Assembly (NCBI GenBank): GCA_001780165.1
Contig: MFFQ01000026.1
Span: 10,113-74,112 of the forward strand
DNA from: Candidatus Eisenbacteria bacterium RBG_16_71_46
GTDB taxonomy: Bacteria; Eisenbacteria; RBG-16-71-46
Direction: 5' to 3'
DNA length: 64,000 nucleotides
The translations under genes and the position numbers were made by a program. The notes under the pieces are model-generated. The model made no database searches, was not told the origin of the DNA, and saw only the letters and a list, made by a program, of their open reading frames with translations. Shown here one piece after another: positions 56,655 to 64,000 of this stretch. Each line of letters starts with the position of its first letter. The first letter of the stretch is position 1.

Positions 56655-57452
56655 ATGCCGGCGGCTGTAGGCCGCCTCGGTCGCGCGTTTGCCGCGGCGC
56701 CGGGCGCCACCGGCCTCATCCCGTTCATCACCGTGGGCTACCCGTCTCTCGATGCCTCGCTCGAGATGCTGCGCGGGTTCTCGCGCCTCGGGGCGCGTGC
56801 TGTCGAGATCGGGATCCCGTTCTCCGATCCCATCGCCGATGGCCCCGAGATCCAGCGCGCCTCGGAGTGGGCGCTCGGCCACGGCGTCGGAGCGCGGCAG
56901 GCGCTGGAGCTCGCCGCGGCGCTGCGCCGCGAGTCCGAGCTTCCGGTGGTGCTCATGACCTACGCGAATCCGGTGCTGCGCATGGGAATCCGGTCGTTCG
57001 CCACCGGCGCGCACGCCGCGGGCGCGGACGCCATCATCCTGTCGGACCTGCCGCCGGACGAGTCGCCCGAGGTGTGGCAGGCGCTGGACGCCGCGAGCCT
57101 CGACACCGTGATGCTGGTGGCGCCCACCACCGAGCCGAAGCGCCTCCGACTGCTGCTCGAGCGCAGCCGCGGCTTCGTCTACTGCCTCGCCCGCACGGGC
57201 ATCACCGGCCGCTCGGGCGGCGACACGGGCTCGCTGCCGAAGCGCGTGGCCGAGCTGCGGGCGCGTACGGCGCTGCCGATCGCGGTGGGCTTCGGGATCG
57301 CCGGTGCCGACCAGGCACGCGCGCTGCGCGGCCTGGTGGACGCGGTCGTGGTCGGCGCCGCGTTCATGCGCGCGGTGAGCGAGGATCCCGAGCACGGCGC
57401 GGTCGAGCGCGTGCTGGCGCTCGCCGCGGAGTTGCTCGCGGCGCTCGCCTGA
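56655..57452 (+). CDS. trpA: Tryptophan synthase alpha chain.
   Basis: LIPFITVGYP, EIGIPFSDPIADGP and GFGI motifs. Length 265 aa. No trpB is adjacent. Confidence 0.9.
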   Translation: MPAAVGRLGRAFAAAPGATGLIPFITVGYPSLDASLEMLRGFSRLGARAVEIGIPFSDPIADGPEIQRASEWALGHGVGARQALELAAALRRESELPVVLMTYANPVLRMGIRSFATGAHAAGADAIILSDLPPDESPEVWQALDAASLDTVMLVAPTTEPKRLRLLLERSRGFVYCLARTGITGRSGGDTGSLPKRVAELRARTALPIAVGFGIAGADQARALRGLVDAVVVGAAFMRAVSEDPEHGAVERVLALAAELLAALA

Positions 57453-57838
57453 AACGAGCCGGCCCCCCCCGGCACGCGGCGCCCGCCGGACGGACCGGGG
57501 CGGGCGTCCATTCCCACCCCGATCCATCGCCTTCCGGCGGGCCCAAGCGAAACCTGGGCACCAGGGACGCGTCAGCGGGTTCGGCGTTGAGGCGACGAGC
57601 GGGTCGAGCGAGCGGGATGCGCCGCCGCGAGGAGCGACCGAGCCAACGCGTGGATCGGCGACTTCAGCGGTCCGCTACCTGCGAATCCACCACAGCAGAT
57701 CGAGGAGCATGACCATCAGGCCGATTTCCACGGTCCACCTCCAACGTCGAGGGGTCGTGCATGTCGAGCACGGTCAACCGTTCGGATCGGCCGCCCGCGG
57801 GTTGGCAGCGCGGGCGGGGAAGACGTCGTCCTGACGCC

Positions 57839-60277
57839 TCACCCTTCGTCATCGGCCGCGGCGGCCCGCCACTTGAGCGCATTCTGCGGGGTCGCCGCGC
57901 GGGCCGTCGCCGGGTCCGTCAGCTGCTTGAGCACCACGACGGTGAGATCGTCGAGCGGGCGGTCGGCGAAGCTCCGCACCGCGTCGAGCACACCCGCCAG
58001 GATGTCGGCCGCGCGCCGGTGGGCGTGGGCGTCGAGCGCCCGCCGCACCCGCCCGACGCCGAACATCTCGTCGCCGCGCCGCGCCTCGGTCAGACCGTCC
58101 GTATAGAGCAGCGCGACGTCGCCCGCGCGCAGCTCGACACGATCCTCCGGGTAGTCGGCCGTGGCGCTCACCCCGAGCAGCACGCCGCCGGCGGTGTACT
58201 CCTCGAACGAGCCCCGCCTGCGGCGCACCAGCGGGGGCGTGACACCGGCGTTGGCGACGCACAGGCGCCCCGTGGAGGCTTCCACCCGGGCGCACAGCAG
58301 ACCGACGAACTTTTCAGGCTGATCCAGATCCACGAGTTCCAGGTTGAGCGCGCGCAGCACGTCGCCCGGGTTCGGACGGAGCCGCGCCTCGTGACGGAAG
58401 CGCGCCTGCACCCCGGCCAGGACCAGCGCCGCCGGCATGCCGCGCCCGGCGGCATCGCCCACCGCCAGCGTGAACGTGCGTGGAGCGGTCTCGACGAAAT
58501 CGTAATAGTCGCCCCCCACCGGTTCGGAGAGCAGGGCGGCGGCCGCGCAGTCGAGCGTCGGGTAGGCGGGGGCATGGCGCGGCAGCAGGTGAGCCTGGAT
58601 CGCGCCCGCCTCGCGCAGCGCGCGGTCGAGCGCGCCGTGCGAGCTGGCGGCGCGACGCAGCTCGGCGTTCTCGAGCGAGACGTCGAGGCGCGCCGCGAAG
58701 TCCTCGATCTCCGCCGACTCGCGCCGGCTGAGCCACGGTCCGGCGATGCGGCGTCCGAGCAGGATGACCGACTGCAGGGGGCCGCCGCCGGCGGGCAGCA
58801 GCCAACCCACCCCCGCGCGCTCGAGCGCCTCGCGATCGCTGGCGTCGAGATCGGCCTCGTCCACCGCCACCGGTGCGCCGGGGGAGAGTCGCGGGGCGAA
58901 GCGATCGCGCGGGCGGAAGCTGCTGAGGGCACCGCAGGTGGCGGCGAGCTCCGGGCCCCCGGGGCCGGACACGAGCGCGGCGCAGCCGTCGAGCCTCAGC
59001 GCCCGCGCCAGCGCATCGCACGCCCACTCGAGCAGGTGCAAGGGGTTTTCATCACGCCCACCGGGAGGCGCGGCGAGCACGCCCAACGCGCGATCGTCGG
59101 CGTCGCGGCCGGCGGCGAACGACCGCAACCAGGGATTCGCCGGCCCGGCGAGGGCCGCGCCCATGGCGAGGAGCGCGAGGGAGCCGCCGGCCATGCCCGC
59201 GCCAAACCCGGGCCAGCGTCCGGCGGCGATCCACTGGCCCACGACATAGCCGCCCGCGCCGGCGAACGCCAGCACCGTCGTCGCCACCACCGCCCGCAGC
59301 GCCACGCGGAAGTCGAACACGCGGTGCACCACGGTCGCCCATGCGAACGAGGCCGGCACCAGCAAGGTGAGCAGGACGGCTCCCCGCTCGCCCGGAACCT
59401 CGGTGCCCGGCGAGAGGCTGCGCACCGCGATGAGCGCGGTGATCGGCGCCGCGCCGAAGATCGTGCCCACCAGCGCGACGCGCAGGCGCCGGCGCGCGTC
59501 CCCCGACGCGGCGCGCAGGTAGGAGCGCACGAACAGGCCGAGCGCGATCAGCAGGCCGGCGGCGAACCACACGCCGCCCGCGGCGGCGAGCAGGGTGAGA
59601 TCGGACTCGAACCCGGGCCTCCCGAGGGAGCGCAGCCCCAGCACCGTGAGGGCGGCGGCAAACAGCAGCAGCGACCCGATGTAGCTCGCCGCCACGAGCG
59701 CACCGAGCCCTCCGCGGACCTGCCTCGACCCCGGGAACTGGGCGAAGAAGTGGATGCAGAGCGCGGCCAGGAACGCGGCCGCCGCGGCCTGGATGACCTC
59801 GTGGGTCAGGGTGAGCGCGGTCGAGGCCAGATGGGGCGGAGGCACGAGCAACAGGGTGAACGCGAGGCACAGCAGCAGGAAGGTGCGCGTGAGCCGGTCG
59901 CGGCGTTCGCTCCACACCCAGCCCCCGAGCAGCAGGAACCCGCAGGCGACCGCCAGCAGGGCGCCGTGCAAGCGCCGCTCCCCGTCCGGCAGCGGCACCG
60001 GGGCGAGCCAGGCCACCCGGCGCTCGCTGCCGCGCCGAATCTCGAGCGGCAGAGGCCTCTCGGGAACGGCCGCGGAGAGCGGGTTGCTGATCAGGCTGCG
60101 GGGGCTGGCCGCGAGCACGTCCCCGGGGGCGAGGCCGGCCTGCTGGCCCGGACTTCCGGGCTCGATCGTCGCCACCCGGTCCCCCTGGAGCGCCACGCCC
60201 GTATACGGTTGCAGGGGCAGCGTCAACGCGGAGAGCGCCAGGATGGCCGCGACCGGAAACAGGAGCAGCGAAAACAC
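57839..60277 (-). CDS. Membrane sensor Ser/Thr phosphatase: N-terminal PDZ domain, polytopic TM region, and C-terminal PP2C/SpoIIE-type phosphatase.
   Basis: PDZ-like GVALQGDRVATIEPGSPGQQAGLAPGDVL. At least eight TM helices. C-terminal PP2C motifs (GGDYYDF, AVGDAAGRGMPAAL, YTDGLTEAR). The start is uncertain: GTG at 60277 or further upstream to 60361. Confidence 0.7.
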   Translation of the reverse strand: MFSLLLFPVAAILALSALTLPLQPYTGVALQGDRVATIEPGSPGQQAGLAPGDVLAASPRSLISNPLSAAVPERPLPLEIRRGSERRVAWLAPVPLPDGERRLHGALLAVACGFLLLGGWVWSERRDRLTRTFLLLCLAFTLLLVPPPHLASTALTLTHEVIQAAAAAFLAALCIHFFAQFPGSRQVRGGLGALVAASYIGSLLLFAAALTVLGLRSLGRPGFESDLTLLAAAGGVWFAAGLLIALGLFVRSYLRAASGDARRRLRVALVGTIFGAAPITALIAVRSLSPGTEVPGERGAVLLTLLVPASFAWATVVHRVFDFRVALRAVVATTVLAFAGAGGYVVGQWIAAGRWPGFGAGMAGGSLALLAMGAALAGPANPWLRSFAAGRDADDRALGVLAAPPGGRDENPLHLLEWACDALARALRLDGCAALVSGPGGPELAATCGALSSFRPRDRFAPRLSPGAPVAVDEADLDASDREALERAGVGWLLPAGGGPLQSVILLGRRIAGPWLSRRESAEIEDFAARLDVSLENAELRRAASSHGALDRALREAGAIQAHLLPRHAPAYPTLDCAAAALLSEPVGGDYYDFVETAPRTFTLAVGDAAGRGMPAALVLAGVQARFRHEARLRPNPGDVLRALNLELVDLDQPEKFVGLLCARVEASTGRLCVANAGVTPPLVRRRRGSFEEYTAGGVLLGVSATADYPEDRVELRAGDVALLYTDGLTEARRGDEMFGVGRVRRALDAHAHRRAADILAGVLDAVRSFADRPLDDLTVVVLKQLTDPATARAATPQNALKWRAAAADDEG

Positions 60278-60410
60278 GTGGGACGTGGTGGAGCGGTCCA
60301 AGGCGCATCCCCCATGCGTGTGGAGCCCCCGAAAGGCTAGCAGTCGCGGGGGTCGTGTCAAGCCGCAGTCGCGGCATGGACGCGGCGGCGGGTTGAGGCT
60401 ATTCTCGGCT

Positions 60411-60437
60411 TAAGTAGCTGGCAGTTCTTGCCGATAC
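60411..60437 (+). promoter_or_regulatory. Candidate sigma28 (FliA/SigD)-type promoter upstream of csrA.
   Basis: TAAG, 15 nt, then GCCGATAC. Compare the consensus TAAA-N15-GCCGATAA. It lies about 55 nt upstream of csrA. Confidence 0.45.
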
Positions 60438-60492
60438 GCTGACTGTCCACAGGCGATGCGCGCCCGGACCCCGGAGCGGAGGACGCTTCACC

Positions 60493-60720
60493 ATGCTGGT
60501 CCTAACAAGGAAGTTAGGCGAAAACATCCGGATCGGAGATTCGGTGAAGATCACCGTGCTGGAAGTGCGCTCGGGCCAGGTGAAGCTCGGCATCGAAGCG
60601 CCGCCCGAGGTGAAGGTGCATCGCGAGGAAATCTATGCCCGGATCCAGGAAGAAAATCGGCGGGCGGAGCGGCAGAAGGCCGAGGGTGGAGCCGCGCCGA
60701 CCAAGGAGCCGGACAAGTAG
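60493..60720 (+). CDS. csrA: Carbon storage regulator CsrA.
   Basis: [25 protein letters not shown]...GIEAP is the canonical CsrA sequence. Length 75 aa. Confidence 0.95.
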   Translation: MLVLTRKLGENIRIGDSVKITVLEVRSGQVKLGIEAPPEVKVHREEIYARIQEENRRAERQKAEGGAAPTKEPDK

Positions 60721-60820
60721 GGGCACGACGGCCCCGGGTCAGGTGCCGCATTCAGGTGCCGGCCCGCGTGGAGAGCGGCAGGGACGCGTGCGGCGCGCGG
60801 GTGAACGTTCGAGGGGAGCC

Positions 60821-61024
60821 ATGACGGCGACACAGCGTGCGCGTCGCAGCGACCGCCGAGCGGGTGGCGAGCTGACGCGTTGGGTCAAGCCCGGCGACCC
60901 GGGTCGCGTGCGTTGGAATCGCGTGCTCACCGCTCAGGCCCGCATGGCCAGCGGCTACTACGAGCGCCCCGATGTGCGCGAATGTCTGGTGGACGCGATC
61001 ATGGCGGAGCTCGCCCGACACTAG
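60821..61024 (+). CDS. flgM: Anti-sigma-28 factor FlgM-like.
   Basis: The C-terminus ASGYYERPDVRECLVDAIMAEL matches the conserved FlgM sigma28-binding helix pattern (G-x-Y-x-V-D-x3-A-x2-M). GAGGGGAG lies upstream. The start may be further upstream (GTG). Confidence 0.5.
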   Translation: MTATQRARRSDRRAGGELTRWVKPGDPGRVRWNRVLTAQARMASGYYERPDVRECLVDAIMAELARH

Positions 61025-61102
61025 AGCCCCGCCCGCCATGCTGCCCGCGGCGGGCTTCGGCGTTTGCACTCGATTGCTATACTGCGCGCCCATGGAGCGT
61101 GC

Positions 61103-62329
<1,227 letters not shown>

Positions 62330-64000
62330 CGACGAGCGCTCGATCCGCTTCGGGATCGGCGAGTGGGCGCGGGACGCCGGCTTCCAGGCGCTCGAGGCCG
62401 CGAGCGGGCGGGAGGCGCTCGATCGCCTCCGCGACCAGTCGGTGGACATCGTGGTGCTCGACCTGCGGCTCGGCGACATGGACGGCCTCCAGGTGCTCAA
62501 GCGCCTGCGCGAGGAGGACGCCAACGTCCCGATCATCATGCTGAGCGCCCACGCCACTTTCGATCACGTCGTGCAGGCGGTGAAGTCGGGGGCCTTCTGG
62601 TTCCTGCCCAAGCCGCTCGACACCGAGCAGCTCGCGGCGCTGGTGGACCGCGCGCTCGAGAACGCGCGCCTCAAGCGCGAGGTGGAGCTTCACCGCCGCG
62701 AGCGGTCCCAGCCCCTGATCGGCGAGAGCGCCGGGCTCAAGCGCGCCCTCCAGCGCCTCGAAAAAGCCGGGCGCAGCGGCACCGCCACCGTGCTCATCCA
62801 GGGCGAGACGGGCTCGGGCAAGGGGCTGCTGGCGCGCTACCTCCACGCGCACAGCGCTCGCGCCAAGGGCCCGTTCGTGGAGCTCAACTGCAGCGCGATT
62901 CCCGAGCAGTTGCTCGAGAGCGAGCTCTATGGGCACGAGAAGGGCGCGTTCACCGACGCCAAGCGCTTCCGCAAGGGGCTCTTCGAGCTGTCCGACGGCG
63001 GCACGCTGTTCCTCGACGAGATCGGGGAGATGACCCCGGGGCTCCAGGCCAAGCTGCTCCACGTGCTCGAGACCCGCACCTTCCGGCGGGTCGGCGGCGC
63101 CCACGACATCACCGTGGACGTGCGCGTGATCGCCGCCACCCATCGCGATCTCCCCCGCGCGGTGGCCGAGAACCGCTTCCGCGAGGACCTCTACTTCCGC
63201 CTCAACGTCGTGCCGATCGAGGTGCCGGCGCTGCGCGAGCGGCGCGACGACATCCCGGCGCTGTGCGGACACTTCATCGCCCATTTCTGCCGCGAGCTCG
63301 GGCGGCCCGCGGCAACCCTCCACCCCGCGGCGCTCAAGGCGCTGGTGGACTACCCCTGGCCGGGCAACGTGCGCGAGGTGAAGAACGTCATCGAGCGCGT
63401 GGTGCTGCTCGAGGCCGAGGACGAGATCCGCCTCGAGCACTTGCCGCCCGAGGTGCATCGCCAGAAGAGTGCGGCCACCGGCGGTGAGGCGTTCCCGGCC
63501 GGGGTCGTGCGCCCGCTGGCCGAGATCGAGAAGCTGGCGATCGAGCACGCGCTCCGCGTGTGCGATGGCAACAAGACGCGCGCCGCGCAGCTACTCGGCA
63601 TCTCGCGCCAGACCCTGCGCACCAAGCTCAAGGATTACTCGCTGGGCGACGATACCGAAGAGGGAGCCGAAACCGCCTGAGTTCCGGCCGGGCGCACCGC
63701 CGTCCCCGGCGGTGCCGCCGTCGCCCCGTCCCGGCCGGCGGCGACCAGCTTCGTTCCGGGTTTGCGGTCGGGCGGAACGAGCTTGGGCGGGCGAATTGCA
63801 AACGGCTTTCCCGGTTTGTGCACGGTCCGGGCGGAATGGTGGCCCCGGGGGAGGGCTGCGGCCCGTCGCCGGCGTGACCACCGCGCGCCGCTAAACCCCG
63901 TTCCTGCAAACTGAATGGCCGCCCCGTCCTGGGGCGCTCGCCGCTCCCCCAGAAGCTCCACCGCGCCGCTCCCGGCGCGTGGCGCGCGTGCCGTTTTCCC

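Noticed and set aside
60405-60440. Possible sigma54 promoter (TGGCAG...TTGCC) upstream of csrA.
   Set aside because: The GG-to-GC spacing is 8 nt, where 10 nt is required. The same sequence fits the sigma28 TAAG-N15-GCCGATAC pattern much better.

Overview
This is a very GC-rich bacterial chromosomal segment, about 70% GC by eye, and it is gene-dense on both strands. It holds five main blocks plus two families of palindromic repeat elements.

- **Cell-envelope glycan operon (1-17924, + strand).** Genes overlap start/stop throughout. It encodes a GT2, a SAM methyltransferase, four GT4s, a Wzx-like flippase, AsnB, a polyprenol-phosphate-sugar synthase plus a YfhO GT-C pair, a second ArnT/PMT-like GT-C, a FemAB-like acyltransferase, and a beta-propeller protein ending in a T9SS-type C-terminal sorting domain.
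- **Complete dcw cluster (18086-34959).** Order is mraZ, a STAS-domain gene, rsmH, ftsL, ftsI, murE, murF, mraY, murD, ftsW, murG, murC, ftsQ, ftsA, ftsZ. A near-consensus sigma70-type promoter sits upstream. There is no murB or ddl. The STAS anti-sigma-antagonist-like gene sits between mraZ and rsmH, which is unusual.
- **Housekeeping stretch.** TPR protein, rpmB, recG, and a zinc-ribbon protein.
- **Candidate lipid-biosynthesis island (43.6-50.4 kb).** Divergent genes encode a CDP-alcohol phosphatidyltransferase, a lysophospholipid-acyltransferase fused to a nucleotidyltransferase-like domain, an alpha-oxoamine synthase (Spt/BioF/KBL-like), an acetoacetate-decarboxylase-like protein, a DAG/sphingosine-kinase-like lipid kinase and a Zn-dependent MDR dehydrogenase. 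A multiply frameshifted MFS gene follows, and a patA-like/pimA-like pair lies next to it.
- **Regulatory and other genes.** An MglA-like small GTPase with a Pro/Ala-rich tail, an orphan trpA, a PDZ-TM-PP2C sensor phosphatase, and a csrA-flgM pair behind a sigma28-type promoter next to a PAS-histidine kinase/NtrC-like sigma54 activator pair.

The most unusual non-coding signal is a roughly 130-147 bp palindromic repeat family with compensatory substitutions in its terminal stem (family A below). It occurs three times, always flush against gene ends. One copy abuts a second, different 192-bp element that has perfect 16-bp terminal inverted repeats.

No rRNA, tRNA or CRISPR was seen. Most long antisense ORFs in the six-frame track are GC-driven artefacts. 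The T9SS-type sorting domain and the dcw gene order suggest an FCB-group or Gemmatimonadota-like organism; this is inference only.
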